A stretch of 64,000 bases of DNA, from assembly GCA_964349485.1 (NCBI GenBank), contig CAYGGE010000005.1, positions 3,483 to 67,482 on the forward strand. Direction: 5' to 3'. The position numbers were made by a program, and so were the translations under genes. Position 1 is the first letter of the stretch. Every line of letters starts with the position of its first letter. The notes below the pieces were generated by a model, which saw only the letters and a list, made by a program, of their open reading frames with translations, was not told where the DNA came from and did no database searches. The DNA comes from an uncultured Candidatus Saccharibacteria bacterium. Its GTDB lineage: Bacteria > Patescibacteriota > UBA1384 > CAYGGE01. Below are positions 1-9,791 of the stretch, one piece after another.

Positions 1-196
1 TCGCAACATAGGGCGCGACTTCAGCTTGAGGTTGGGCTTTGTTAATAAATCGATTAGGATCGATCTTGAGACCCGGGTTTACGAACTTACGTCGTGAGCC
101 ACCACGTTGGGGGACAGCAATTCGGCTACCACCATATGACGCACCTGAATATGCCGGTTTGGCGGCAAACTTGTTCTTGAAGTTATTATAAGACAA
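1..196 (-). CDS. hypothetical protein, 5' portion only (runs off window start); possible TTG start at 196
   Basis: Open frame on the minus strand from about 196 to the window edge (65 codons, no stops). AAAGGA lies 7 nt upstream of TTG. No recognisable family. Confidence 0.25.
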   Translation of the reverse strand, partial: MSYNNFKNKFAAKPAYSGASYGGSRIAVPQRGGSRRKFVNPGLKIDPNRFINKAQPQAEVAPYVA

Positions 197-410
197 AAAA
201 AGTCCTTTCTAATGAATGAATGTCAGTCAATCTCGACTCGTAGCTCCCAGTATATTAGCGGGAGAGAACGAAGATGCAAGAATCGACTGCTCGAGAACCT
301 TCATTCAGTAGATGGACTAATAGTTTTAGAACATCTATATGGTTACTTTAGACCATGAGTTAAGACAACCTAGTTAGTATAGCTTATGTGGGTAGATTTG
401 TCAAGGTTAT

Positions 411-486
411 TGGTCGGGGAGACAGGACTCGAACCTGCGACCTCAGCGTCCCAAACGCCGCGCGCTACCAACTGCGCCACTCCCCG
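411..486 (-). tRNA. tRNA-Pro (anticodon UGG), CCA encoded
   Basis: Reverse complement folds as a cloverleaf with acceptor cggggag/ctccccg. Anticodon loop is tttggga, T-loop ttcgagt, and the 3' end is CCA. Confidence 0.85.
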
Positions 487-584
487 TTCACTTCGACGAC
501 GTCAGGGAGGAGAAGTTACCTTAGCCCCTGCGTCGATTTCCAACTGTTAGCTACCAGGAATTTAAAACTCGAAGATAATTGTAC

Positions 585-613
585 TTGATTATACCTGTTT
601 AGTCAATTATTAT
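585..613 (+). promoter_or_regulatory. sigma-70-like promoter for trxB (-35 TTGATT, 17-nt spacer, -10 TATTAT)
   Basis: The motif pair sits about 30 nt upstream of the AAGGAG RBS and the ATG at 645. Confidence 0.4.
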
Positions 614-644
614 GGGTAGGTGATAGATAAACAAGGAGACACAG

Positions 645-1634
645 ATGGAAGACATCTATGATGTGATTATTGTCGGTGGTGCCTCGGCGGGTTTGACAGC
701 AGCGATCTATGCGTCGCGTCGAGCCATGAAAACGTTGGTGCTAACTAAAGATATTGGTGGACAACTTTCGACGACCCCAGATGTAGAGAATTATCCTGGT
801 TTTGAGACGATTACTGGCTGGGATCTATCCGAAAAGTTCAAAAAACAGGCCGAGAAGTTTGGGGCTGAAGTAAAGTTTACTGAAGTCACTGCGGTCAAGC
901 AAGACGGTGAAGACTTTATCGTTGAGGCCCATGAGACAAGCTACAGAACTCGGACCGTCATCTTAGCCTTCGGTAAAACTCCACGTAATCTTGAAGTTCC
1001 TGGGGAAAAAGAATTTCAAGGCAAAGGCGTTTCCTACTGTGCGACCTGCGATATCCCGCTCTACAAAGGTAAAACGGTCGTCATTGTTGGTGGCGGAAAC
1101 TCGGCAATCGATGCCGCAATATATGGTTCAAAAATATCTGATAAAATATACCTTGTTCATCGGCGTGACGCTTTTCGAGCTGAGCAAGTACTTATCGATC
1201 GTATGAAGGCGGCACCCAACATTGAGATCATCTACAACTCAATAGCCAAAGAAATTACTGGCGATACGGTCGTACGAGGTCTAACTATAACCGATATCAA
1301 TACTGGCGAGGACCGCAAACTCGAAGTTGGTGGAGTTTTTGTCGAAATTGGCTACGTCGTCAAGGCTGAGTTCATTAAAGATTTGGTTGAATTCTCACCG
1401 GTTAAAGAGATAACCACCGATGATCATATGATGACTTCCGTCCCTGGCATATTTGCCGCTGGCGATGTCACAAATTCTGTTTATAAGCAGGCAGTCATCT
1501 CTGCCGGCGAAGGCTGTACGGCCGCTTTAGCTGCTTTTGAGTACTTGATTAAAAAAGAAGGCCGACGAGTAGCCATGGTTGACTGGGGTAAGGCCGACGA
1601 AGCGACAAAAGTGACTAAAACTGATTCTAACTAA
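645..1634 (+). CDS. trxB: thioredoxin reductase (FAD/NAD(P)-dependent)
   Basis: N-terminal GGASAGLTAA FAD motif, the redox-active CATCD motif, and a second GGGNSA nucleotide-binding motif. Confidence 0.9.
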   Translation: MEDIYDVIIVGGASAGLTAAIYASRRAMKTLVLTKDIGGQLSTTPDVENYPGFETITGWDLSEKFKKQAEKFGAEVKFTEVTAVKQDGEDFIVEAHETSYRTRTVILAFGKTPRNLEVPGEKEFQGKGVSYCATCDIPLYKGKTVVIVGGGNSAIDAAIYGSKISDKIYLVHRRDAFRAEQVLIDRMKAAPNIEIIYNSIAKEITGDTVVRGLTITDINTGEDRKLEVGGVFVEIGYVVKAEFIKDLVEFSPVKEITTDDHMMTSVPGIFAAGDVTNSVYKQAVISAGEGCTAALAAFEYLIKKEGRRVAMVDWGKADEATKVTKTDSN

Positions 1635-1648
1635 CAAAGAGGAGGGGA

Positions 1649-2176
1649 ATGCGCGGTTCAACTCATGCACTGGCGGGCGCGGCCTCTGCTTCAATATTTC
1701 TTTATTTCAATATTCCTCACAACTATCCCTTACTTGCCCTATCGGCAATCGCTGGGTTTGCTGCCTTACTGCCTGATCTAGACGGTCGAGAATCAACGAT
1801 CGAAAACATTAGAGTATTTGGTGTGCGAATCATGAAGGCCCCTGGATACGTGATTGATAGGCTATTCAAGCATCGAGGCTTTTTGCATTCTCTCATGGGC
1901 CTTGGTTTATTAGCATTTATCTTACTCGGTTTCCTGCCTGCCTTACCCAAAGAGATCGTGATCGCTATCTTGCTTGGTTGTTTAAGTCATTTGCTAACTG
2001 ACGGCATTACGCCAGCTGGCGTACCGTGGCTTTACCCCTTAGACTGGAGCCCACCTCTGTTCTCAAAATACTTCGCTATTACCACTGGCTCATTTATGGA
2101 GACCGTATTCTTTATCGGGCTTGTCGTCTTCTATCTGATTTTTCTTTCTCAAGCCGGGTATGTCAGTTTTTTCTAG
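1649..2176 (+). CDS. membrane-bound metal-dependent hydrolase (DUF457/YdjM-like)
   Basis: Multi-pass membrane protein starting M-R-G-S-T-H-A-L-A-G, the typical N-terminus of the DUF457 family. Confidence 0.55.
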   Translation: MRGSTHALAGAASASIFLYFNIPHNYPLLALSAIAGFAALLPDLDGRESTIENIRVFGVRIMKAPGYVIDRLFKHRGFLHSLMGLGLLAFILLGFLPALPKEIVIAILLGCLSHLLTDGITPAGVPWLYPLDWSPPLFSKYFAITTGSFMETVFFIGLVVFYLIFLSQAGYVSFF

Positions 2177-2826
2177 ATCAAGTATCTCTGAATGTATTTT
2201 AAGGTGTGTTCGTAGATTGAATTATGAACGGCCTGGATGTCTCGATCAGCATCAATAGTCACGATGCGTTTTTTATATAACAAGGCTATCTCATGGTAAC
2301 CCTTTTCGACTGCCTTGTAGAATGACTTTTTCTGAAGGTCCAGGCGATCGACTTTGTCGGAAATATGTCGGCGCCTCTGGCCTTCTTCATAGTCGATATC
2401 GAGTAAGAAAGTGATGTCTGGCATGAGTCCATTGATGGCGAAGTCGTTAATTTTTTTGATAGCATCATATCCCAAACCTCTGCCGACTCCTTGGTAAACA
2501 TACGATGAATCTACGTAGCGATCAGCAAGTACGATCTGTTTTTTGTCGAGTAATGGCTGATAAACTTCGGCGACTACCTGAGCTCGACCTGCGGCCAGAA
2601 GTAAGGCTTCTGCCCGATAGTTCATCATGGTATTGGTTACGTCATGGGTAATCGTACGGATTGCTTCACCAATCTTGGTTCCACCAGGCTCACGGACACA
2701 GCGTACCGTAAAACCTTCACGTTCGAGACTGATGGCGAGGAGTTTAATCTGAGTGCTTTTGCCCACACCCTCACCACCCTCGAAGGAGATAAATAAACCT
2801 TTTTGGAGAGGGATCTTTTTAGCCAT
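2173..2826 (-). CDS. tmk: thymidylate kinase (dTMP kinase)
   Basis: P-loop FISFEGGEGVGKST and overall dTMP-kinase architecture. Confidence 0.9.
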   Translation of the reverse strand: MAKKIPLQKGLFISFEGGEGVGKSTQIKLLAISLEREGFTVRCVREPGGTKIGEAIRTITHDVTNTMMNYRAEALLLAAGRAQVVAEVYQPLLDKKQIVLADRYVDSSYVYQGVGRGLGYDAIKKINDFAINGLMPDITFLLDIDYEEGQRRRHISDKVDRLDLQKKSFYKAVEKGYHEIALLYKKRIVTIDADRDIQAVHNSIYEHTLKYIQRYLI

Positions 2827-2829
2827 CGA

Positions 2830-3624
2830 CTAACTCGCGGGCTGTTTTTTAGCGGCATCGACGACATTGGAGAGTAGGAAAGCCACAGTCAACGGGCCAA
2901 CGCCACCCTTTTGAGGTGTGATATAGCCCACTTTCTCGAGAACCTGTTCATAGAGTACATCTTTATCGACGTCGATTACGACAGCCCCATCTTTGATCAT
3001 GCTCGGCTGTATTAGGTGCTCTTGTCCGGTACCACTGACTAGAATATCGGCGTTGATGGTACAGGCACCAAGATCACCAGTTGATTCGTCGCATACGGTA
3101 ACGTCTAAATTTCGTTCCTTAAGTCGCTTGATTAATGGTCCACCAACTAGGCGTCCTTTGCCCACAATGACAATCTTTTTTTCTTCTAGGTCGATGTCAT
3201 AACTATGGAGAATCTCAGTGATGGCCGAGACCGTCGGTGGCGTGAAGTCGCTATCCGTTCTCAATCCGTCGACGTCTTTTTCCTTTAAGACTGCTTGCAG
3301 AACTTTGTCGGTATCGATTTGGTCTGGAAGTGGTAACTGAACAATGATTCCACTGACTGAAGGCTCTGCATTCAACTGCTCAATCGCCTCAATAATTGAC
3401 TCTTGGCTAACGGTTGCATCTAGTTTGTGAAGTGAGAATTCGATCCCTAGTTCACTCGCTTGTTTGCCCTTGATATTCACATAGGTCACACTGTTGGGAT
3501 CTTCGCCAACTAAAACTACGGCAAGAGTCGGGGTAATATCGTCAGCCTTAAGACTAGCGATCTCCTCAGTAAGGAGTTCATAAAGTTTGGCCACAATAGT
3601 TTGGCTGGTCATGATTATTGGCAT
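2830..3624 (-). CDS. folD: bifunctional methylene-THF dehydrogenase / methenyl-THF cyclohydrolase
   Basis: LAVVLVGEDPNSVTYVNIKGK motif and GKGRLVGGPL NAD(P)-binding motif. Confidence 0.9.
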   Translation of the reverse strand: MPIIMTSQTIVAKLYELLTEEIASLKADDITPTLAVVLVGEDPNSVTYVNIKGKQASELGIEFSLHKLDATVSQESIIEAIEQLNAEPSVSGIIVQLPLPDQIDTDKVLQAVLKEKDVDGLRTDSDFTPPTVSAITEILHSYDIDLEEKKIVIVGKGRLVGGPLIKRLKERNLDVTVCDESTGDLGACTINADILVSGTGQEHLIQPSMIKDGAVVIDVDKDVLYEQVLEKVGYITPQKGGVGPLTVAFLLSNVVDAAKKQPAS

Positions 3625-3646
3625 AGTAGTTCTTACCTATTGTACC

Positions 3647-5299
3647 TTATTTCTTCGCTTTTGCCTTCTCGTCTAACTCGGCTAACTTCTGATCGATCCG
3701 CTTTTCTGCATCACGTCGTTCTAAGCCAATCGACTCTTCCAGGTTGATGTAACGGATATATTTCGTTAATTCAGGATGAACTTTCTCAACTTCTTTATAC
3801 ATTTTTTGAACAATTCGTCGATAGTTTGGGTGCCCTTGAGGTGAAGTACGGAGTTCGCAGATGTGGACAAGCTCACGAAAGTTCATGGTGAAGTACCAGC
3901 GGATCCGGTGACCCTGGGGGATGAGGTACTGGGCTTGCAGAGGGAAATCCTCTTCGAACAGGGTATAGGCTTCGACGGCTTGTTGAATTGCTTGTCGGTA
4001 GCGGTCCGCAAAACCAGCCTCGATAATCTCATCGGGGACTGTTAGCCCGTAGTAAGGCGTCATGAGTTGGCGTTGCTGAGTGAGACTTCGATGGCGGTGC
4101 AAGTCGTAGAAAGCGGCGTAGTCACCGACGATGTCGAAGGTATAGAATGTATTCTCAAGCGCTCGACCAGGTTTATGGAAACGATTTTCACGATGTGAGA
4201 AATAGGCATCGAGAAGCTTCGTTCGATCGCTATTCTTCAGCTTTTTGGCCATGTTCTTGGCTTGGGTTAGCGAGAGGTGCGACTCACTAAAGAGCAGCGT
4301 TGAAACGATTTTTCGAATGGCTCGCTTGTCGTGTTCAACCAAGGTAACTCGTTCATCATCAATAAAGTCTGGTTCGGTCTCTGCAGTATATTTCTCAACC
4401 ACTTTTTGAACCGTGTGACGATTTTTACGAATAAATTCTATAGTTGGCTTCCCATAGCGTTCGTCGTTTGCCCGACGGACAAAAGAAGGGATAACTTTGG
4501 CTAATTCACGATACATCGCATCGCCCAAGGCTCGCGCCTCGACCATGTCACTTGCTAGAAGTTTGGTAATCATGTAGCGGAACGAACGACCGTTGCCATA
4601 GACACCGAAGTTAGCGTAGACTCCTAGCGGTAGAAGACCACGAATTGTGTCGCAGACCTTGGCTCGAATAGTACTGCCGTAGGCGCGATCAGTCTCGTCA
4701 GATTGCTTAGGGAAACGTTCTTCGAAGTAATTCTTCATCGGCTTGACTAGATCTTCATATGTGCCAAAAAGATTATCCATGGCCGCAATATATTTTTTGC
4801 CATGTCTCGATGCCTCAAGGTCGGGGTCGAGATAGTACAAGTATCGGTCGTTAATCTTCTTATCAAAGTAGACATAGCGGGTCGACTTCTCGAGTGGTGA
4901 TGCACCGATTCGACTATCTTGAACGAGTTTGGTAACCGGTCGAGAGATGAACTCACAAGCGATGTGGGCGCCGCCTAGCTCTTCAACTGAGTCATCGCCA
5001 AAGCCTACCAGAACACGGCTATAAAACTCCTCCGCCTTTTGGGTTGCAACCATCGCATCGTCGCCACTCTCAGTCGCAAAGTTTACGATCTCGGCGAGAC
5101 CCATCTCAGGTTGGCGAATAAACTCATCAAGTAAAACTCGACGCAGAGACTTATCCGTCCGCGAATAGCGAGAAAATAGCGCCCCCTTCACCACTTCAGG
5201 AAGATTCTTCAATACAAAAACCGTCCGATCCATGTTGGTGAAATAGGGCGAAAGAATCTTTATTTCTTCGTCAGTAAATTCTTCAGGCGCTCTATACAA
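3647..5299 (-). CDS. thyX: FAD-dependent thymidylate synthase ThyX, long tandem-duplicated (pseudo-dimeric) form
   Basis: C-terminal half carries the RHR signature (YDLHRHRSLTQQRQ). N-terminal half carries a degenerate copy (DSRIGASPLEKSTRY). The 550-aa length resembles long ThyX forms, and the gene sits between glyA and folD/tmk. Confidence 0.75.
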   Translation of the reverse strand: MYRAPEEFTDEEIKILSPYFTNMDRTVFVLKNLPEVVKGALFSRYSRTDKSLRRVLLDEFIRQPEMGLAEIVNFATESGDDAMVATQKAEEFYSRVLVGFGDDSVEELGGAHIACEFISRPVTKLVQDSRIGASPLEKSTRYVYFDKKINDRYLYYLDPDLEASRHGKKYIAAMDNLFGTYEDLVKPMKNYFEERFPKQSDETDRAYGSTIRAKVCDTIRGLLPLGVYANFGVYGNGRSFRYMITKLLASDMVEARALGDAMYRELAKVIPSFVRRANDERYGKPTIEFIRKNRHTVQKVVEKYTAETEPDFIDDERVTLVEHDKRAIRKIVSTLLFSESHLSLTQAKNMAKKLKNSDRTKLLDAYFSHRENRFHKPGRALENTFYTFDIVGDYAAFYDLHRHRSLTQQRQLMTPYYGLTVPDEIIEAGFADRYRQAIQQAVEAYTLFEEDFPLQAQYLIPQGHRIRWYFTMNFRELVHICELRTSPQGHPNYRRIVQKMYKEVEKVHPELTKYIRYINLEESIGLERRDAEKRIDQKLAELDEKAKAKK

Positions 5300-5361
5300 G
5301 TGGACTCCAGTCTCTTGACTTCTGCATATTAACTGCTGCCTCTTAATTCAGTATATACTTA

Positions 5362-6591
5362 CTAATCCGAGCCGGGAAGAGGAAAACTACTAGCGAACAT
5401 AGCCACGGTTTTCTGTAGTAAAGCAAGTGCCTTCTTGTCACCACGATTTTCAATTGCTGTATCGATAAATTCAGCAATTTTCTCCATGTCTTTTTCTTTC
5501 ATATCTCGGCTGGTCATGGCCGGCGTGCCGAGTCGCACGCCCGATGGTGTCGCTGGTGGCGCGGGGTCGTAGGGGACCGTATTTTTATTGAGCGTAATAT
5601 TGACGCTATCCAGTAGTTCCTGGGCTTCGAGACCAGAGATGTTTTTCGACCGTAAATCTACTAGTAGTAGATGGTTATCGGTCCCGCCCGTAATCACCCG
5701 GTAGCCATGTTTCGTCAGAGCCGTTGCTAAAGCCTGTGCGTTCTTGACGATCTGTTTGGCGTATTCTTTAAAGTCATCGGTCATTGCTTCCTTGAAACAG
5801 ATTGCCTTAGCGGCAGTCACATGATCGTGAGGCCCACCTTGCAACCCAGGGAAAACTGCTCGATCGATCGCTTTCGCATACTGTTTTTGGCAAAATATAA
5901 CCGCACTTCTTGGTCCACGTAGAGTTTTGTGGGTAGTGGTAGTGATAACCTGTGCTAATCCGAATGGTGAAGGATGTACTCCTGCGGCAACTAGACCAGC
6001 GATATGAGAGATATCGGCCATCAGGATAGCATCAACAGATTTAGCAATCGCTGAAAATCGCTCAAAGTCGATGACTCTTGAGTAGGCAGTTGCACCACAA
6101 ACAATCATCTTCGGCTTATGTTTTTTGGCTAGATCTTCCACCTCATCGTAATCGATCAACTCCGTATCTTGCTTTACAGTATAGGGAATGAAGTTGTAAG
6201 CCTTGCCGGAAAAACCGATCGGTAGACCGTGAGTAATATGTCCGCCCATGTCCAATCTCATGCCGAGTACAGTGTTACCAAACTCAAGTAGACCAAAGTA
6301 GACGGCCGTGTTTGCTGGAGAACCAGAGTAAGGCTGCACATTCACATGATAATCGGTATCGAACAGTTTCTGGGCTCGTTTGATAGCGAGAAGTTCGATA
6401 TCGTCGATAACTTGGTTACCACCATAATATCGCTTCTTGGGGTAACCCTCTGAGTACTTGTTGGTCAAGATTGACCCAACGGCTTTCAAGATATCTTTGG
6501 AGACATAGTTCTCGCTAGGAATGAGTTCGATACCTTCTTTCTGTCGTTTGAGCTCAGCCTCGATCAGTCGTTCAATTTTTTTGTCGCGCAT
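5362..6591 (-). CDS. glyA: serine hydroxymethyltransferase
   Basis: YSGSPANTAVYFGLL and HKTLRGPR (PLP lysine) motifs. Start trimmed to the ATG at 6591, which follows a GGAGGT RBS. Confidence 0.9.
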   Translation of the reverse strand: MRDKKIERLIEAELKRQKEGIELIPSENYVSKDILKAVGSILTNKYSEGYPKKRYYGGNQVIDDIELLAIKRAQKLFDTDYHVNVQPYSGSPANTAVYFGLLEFGNTVLGMRLDMGGHITHGLPIGFSGKAYNFIPYTVKQDTELIDYDEVEDLAKKHKPKMIVCGATAYSRVIDFERFSAIAKSVDAILMADISHIAGLVAAGVHPSPFGLAQVITTTTHKTLRGPRSAVIFCQKQYAKAIDRAVFPGLQGGPHDHVTAAKAICFKEAMTDDFKEYAKQIVKNAQALATALTKHGYRVITGGTDNHLLLVDLRSKNISGLEAQELLDSVNITLNKNTVPYDPAPPATPSGVRLGTPAMTSRDMKEKDMEKIAEFIDTAIENRGDKKALALLQKTVAMFASSFPLPGSD

Positions 6592-8002
6592 GAATACCTC
6601 CGGCTTTATGTTGCATAGATTCAATCTCAGCCCGTTGAATTGGCTCGCCGACGGCATTCGCCCAAGCGGTATCGTCAAAGTTAGGTAGTGCTTTTTCAGC
6701 GTTAGGGAACCAATAGTTACGGACTTGTCCAACTAAGTAGAGGGATCCTGTGACGCAAATGATCGTATTGGGCTTAGCTTGTCGCTTAGCTAATTTGATA
6801 GCATCTACTGGATCAAGCCGAGTGGTGGCTGATACGCCTCTCTGCTTAAGGTGTTTGGCGATGATTGAGGTGGTCTGGGATTTTTTATCCGAAAAGCGAG
6901 TGATGATAAACTTTTCGGCAATTGGTAAGAGTGGTTTAACTGTATCTTCAAAGTTCTTGCCTTTTTTCATGGCGAAAACGAAGACGATCTTCTGCTTTCT
7001 AAATAGTCGTTTCAACGTCTCTGCTAATGCCTTTGATTTGGCTGGGTTGTGTGCGCCATCGAGAATAATGAGAGGGTTCTCTTCCACGATCTCTAACCGT
7101 CCTGGGATGAAGGCGTGTGCAAAAGCCAAGCGAATGGCCTCATCTGGGATCAACCAGCCTCGTGAGCGGAGAACCTGGGCGATATAGAGCACTTGAATCG
7201 CATTGTTGATCTGATGCTTGCCAAGTAATTTGAGATGCAAATTTGCAAACAGATTATCCAGAACTTGGGCCGAGAGGACGCTACCTTTTTGGCCAAGCAT
7301 TTTGGCTTGATGTTTATTCTGTTCGCCTATTACGATGTAGGGCGCATTAACGTCCTTGGCTCTCTGTTTGAATATGGCGACGACTGAAGGTTGGACGGCA
7401 GCGGTAATGAAGGGAGTGCCAACTTTGATTAACCCGGCCTTAACCATGGCGATCGCCTCAACGGTTCTCCCAAGTAAGCGAGTGTGATCGAGGTCGACAT
7501 TGGTAATCATGGAAACGAGCGGTTTGATCACATTTGTTGGGTCAAATTGGCCGCCCATAAAGGTTTCGACGATCGCGATATCGACATTGGAACGCTTAAA
7601 GTGCAGGGCAGCGATCGCGAACAGTATCTCCTGACTGTTATAGGCACCGTACGACCGTGTATCCTCTAGATGGAGTGCAGTGGGGTAGACGGTCGATACT
7701 AAATTGGCAAATTCAGTTTCGCTCGGCATAACGCCATTGACCTGCATCCGCTCCCTGGGGGTTTGGAGATGAGGGGTCATGTGCAGTCCAACGCTGTAGC
7801 CAGCTGCTTGGAGAACTTCCGCGCAGAGCGTACTAGTAGATCCTTTACCACTTGTTCCACCGATATGGACAGAAGGACTAGCAATATCGAGCCCTAGGGC
7901 ATCAAAAAGTAGTTGCATCCGCTCCATACGTAGGTAGATGGGGTAAAGCTTCTTTCGTCTACTTACTGTTTCAAGAGTGGTGATTGCTTCGTTATATGTC
8001 AT
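6572..8002 (-). CDS. folC: folylpolyglutamate synthase / dihydrofolate synthase (Mur-ligase family)
   Basis: GGTSGKGST P-loop of the Mur ligase family. The ATG at 8002 overlaps the dut stop as ATGA. Confidence 0.8.
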   Translation of the reverse strand: MTYNEAITTLETVSRRKKLYPIYLRMERMQLLFDALGLDIASPSVHIGGTSGKGSTSTLCAEVLQAAGYSVGLHMTPHLQTPRERMQVNGVMPSETEFANLVSTVYPTALHLEDTRSYGAYNSQEILFAIAALHFKRSNVDIAIVETFMGGQFDPTNVIKPLVSMITNVDLDHTRLLGRTVEAIAMVKAGLIKVGTPFITAAVQPSVVAIFKQRAKDVNAPYIVIGEQNKHQAKMLGQKGSVLSAQVLDNLFANLHLKLLGKHQINNAIQVLYIAQVLRSRGWLIPDEAIRLAFAHAFIPGRLEIVEENPLIILDGAHNPAKSKALAETLKRLFRKQKIVFVFAMKKGKNFEDTVKPLLPIAEKFIITRFSDKKSQTTSIIAKHLKQRGVSATTRLDPVDAIKLAKRQAKPNTIICVTGSLYLVGQVRNYWFPNAEKALPNFDDTAWANAVGEPIQRAEIESMQHKAGGIHARQKN

Positions 8003-8445
8003 GATGTCGCTCCATAGCCGCCGGTCGAACCTAGGCCACCACGGCTGGTTTCTCGCATGATTGTGACCTCTTGCCAATCGGCTCGATCAGTCCGGAGAAA
8101 CATACCTTGGGCAATTCTTTCACCCTTACTAACGGTTACAGGCTGCTGACTAATATTTTGTAGTTGAATAAGGATCTCATCCTTCTCTCCGGAGTAGTCC
8201 TGATCGATGATGCCCATTGAGTTAGGCATGACCAAACTTTTCTTACGCGCCAATGAACTCCGAGGCGCGATGATTAGCACATGCTCGGGGGGAGTTTGAA
8301 TGATCAAGTTGCTGGGCAGAAGAACGATTTCGTTGGGTGCTATGGTTTGCTCAAGACGACTGTACATATCAAACCCACAAGAACCAGAGGTGACATATTC
8401 TGGTAGGGGCAACGTGTTGTCGATGCGTTTAATTTTTATGTCCAT
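7999..8445 (-). CDS. dut: dUTP diphosphatase
   Basis: SCGFDMYS and NSMGIIDQDYSGE dUTPase motifs. Start trimmed to the ATG at 8445. Confidence 0.85.
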   Translation of the reverse strand: MDIKIKRIDNTLPLPEYVTSGSCGFDMYSRLEQTIAPNEIVLLPSNLIIQTPPEHVLIIAPRSSLARKKSLVMPNSMGIIDQDYSGEKDEILIQLQNISQQPVTVSKGERIAQGMFLRTDRADWQEVTIMRETSRGGLGSTGGYGATS

Positions 8446-8449
8446 AGTT

Positions 8450-9031
8450 TTACTTTTTAAAATTCTTCCACATCTGACTGGCCTGGGGTTTATTGGCAAA
8501 TTTGTACTTACTATTGAGACTCTTTTCACCATATAGATGCTCAGCGGGTGAAGATAGCGGTTCAAATGCCATCTGGGCGATCGGCATGTTGTAGTAAAGC
8601 ATAACCGGTAGGGGACCAATGTTGGAAAGCTCAAGGGTCATGTTTAGCTCATTGCCAGGATCTAAGTAACCAGCCGTGGCATGGACAATTATGCCTAGTC
8701 GGCCCAGTGAGCTTTTGCCCTCAAGGCGACCGACCATGTCATTACCAACACCGGTCTTTTCTAACACTTTGCCAAGCACGAACTCGCCGGGGTGGAGGAT
8801 GAATGGCTCGTCGTCCTTTATGCTGACCTCTTTCATGTAACCGTCAATTGGTTTCTTGACGTCGATGTAGGCATGGCCGCCTCGGTTGAAGACTAGAAAC
8901 TCACGATCCATATGAAGGTCGTACGAAGCTGGCTGGAGCCACTTTTCGTCATATGGTGAAATTGTAATTCGCCCTTCAGCTAAGGCTGTTTTGATGTCTC
9001 GGTCAGAAAGAATCACTTCAAGCCTCCTCAA
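8450..9031 (-). CDS. dcd: dCTP deaminase
   Basis: YDLHMDREF and GIIVHATAGYLDPG motifs of the Dcd/dUTPase superfamily. Confidence 0.85.
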   Translation of the reverse strand: MRRLEVILSDRDIKTALAEGRITISPYDEKWLQPASYDLHMDREFLVFNRGGHAYIDVKKPIDGYMKEVSIKDDEPFILHPGEFVLGKVLEKTGVGNDMVGRLEGKSSLGRLGIIVHATAGYLDPGNELNMTLELSNIGPLPVMLYYNMPIAQMAFEPLSSPAEHLYGEKSLNSKYKFANKPQASQMWKNFKK

Positions 9032-9109
9032 ACTAATGAATTCTTCTCACAATATACCAGTAGGATAGCTGTATAGTAAAGCGAGTCCCCAATCTGTTAT
9101 GATGAAGCC

Positions 9110-9550
9110 ATGAAACAGTCGCCCCGTGCTGAAAACAAACGAGCTCGCTTCGACTACACTATCGACGAGTCGATGGAAGCTGGAATTGCCTTAACTGGAC
9201 AAGAAGTTAAGGCTTTTCGAGCAGGCAAAGCCTCGTTAAATGGGACGTTTGTTCGACCATTATCAAGTGGGCCGAAGGATCAAATCGAGCTCTGGCTGGT
9301 TAACAGCCAATTCGCCAACACCGACGAACCAGATCGATCACGCAAGCTACTTGTGCATCGTAAAGAAATCGATCGTCTGATTGGTAAGATTCATGAAAAA
9401 GGTTACACCTTATTGCCTATTGCCATGTATTTTAAGCGAGGCAATATCAAGGTAGAAGTCGGTCTAGGGAAAGGCAAGAAACAGTATGAAAAACGGGAGG
9501 CGATCAAAACCCGCGATGTCAATCGAGAGCTACGCAGAACTGCACGATAG
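9110..9550 (+). CDS. smpB: SsrA-binding protein
   Basis: KRARFDYTIDESMEAGIALTGQEVKA, the canonical SmpB N-terminus. Confidence 0.9.
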   Translation: MKQSPRAENKRARFDYTIDESMEAGIALTGQEVKAFRAGKASLNGTFVRPLSSGPKDQIELWLVNSQFANTDEPDRSRKLLVHRKEIDRLIGKIHEKGYTLLPIAMYFKRGNIKVEVGLGKGKKQYEKREAIKTRDVNRELRRTAR

Positions 9551-9754
9551 CTCCTATTTTCGGCAAAATTGTGGATAACTGGACTTGACTGGCAAGAGCT
9601 ACCAGTCTAGAATATGCAAGTAGTGACAGGTGGAAGTTCGTCCTTTGAATTTATTATTAAATTTTCAGCGAGCGTCCTGATTGTGATGGTAAACTGATAA
9701 TCGGCACTGACCGCTTCTTGGCTTACCGGTTCCTCTTTGGACCACCTGACACCA

Positions 9755-9788
9755 CTAAAAAATCCGCCAAGCGCGGATTTTTTAGTTC
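9755..9788. terminator. bidirectional Rho-independent terminator (A-run, GC hairpin, T-run)
   Basis: aaaaaatccgc-caagc-gcggatttttt between the convergent smpB and phosphoesterase genes. Confidence 0.5.
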
Positions 9789-9791
9789 ATC

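Noticed and set aside
388-588. 66-aa plus-strand ORF
   Set aside because: It lies entirely antisense to and overlapping tRNA-Pro (411..486), is Arg/Thr-rich and has no RBS. It is a spurious ORF over a structured RNA.
9551-9791. Intergenic region next to smpB considered as a possible tmRNA location
   Set aside because: It lacks the GGGG...CGACGGG 5' end and the tRNA-like TΨC/CCA 3' end, and it is too short. The real tmRNA is at 43933..44317. Only a terminator hairpin was called here.
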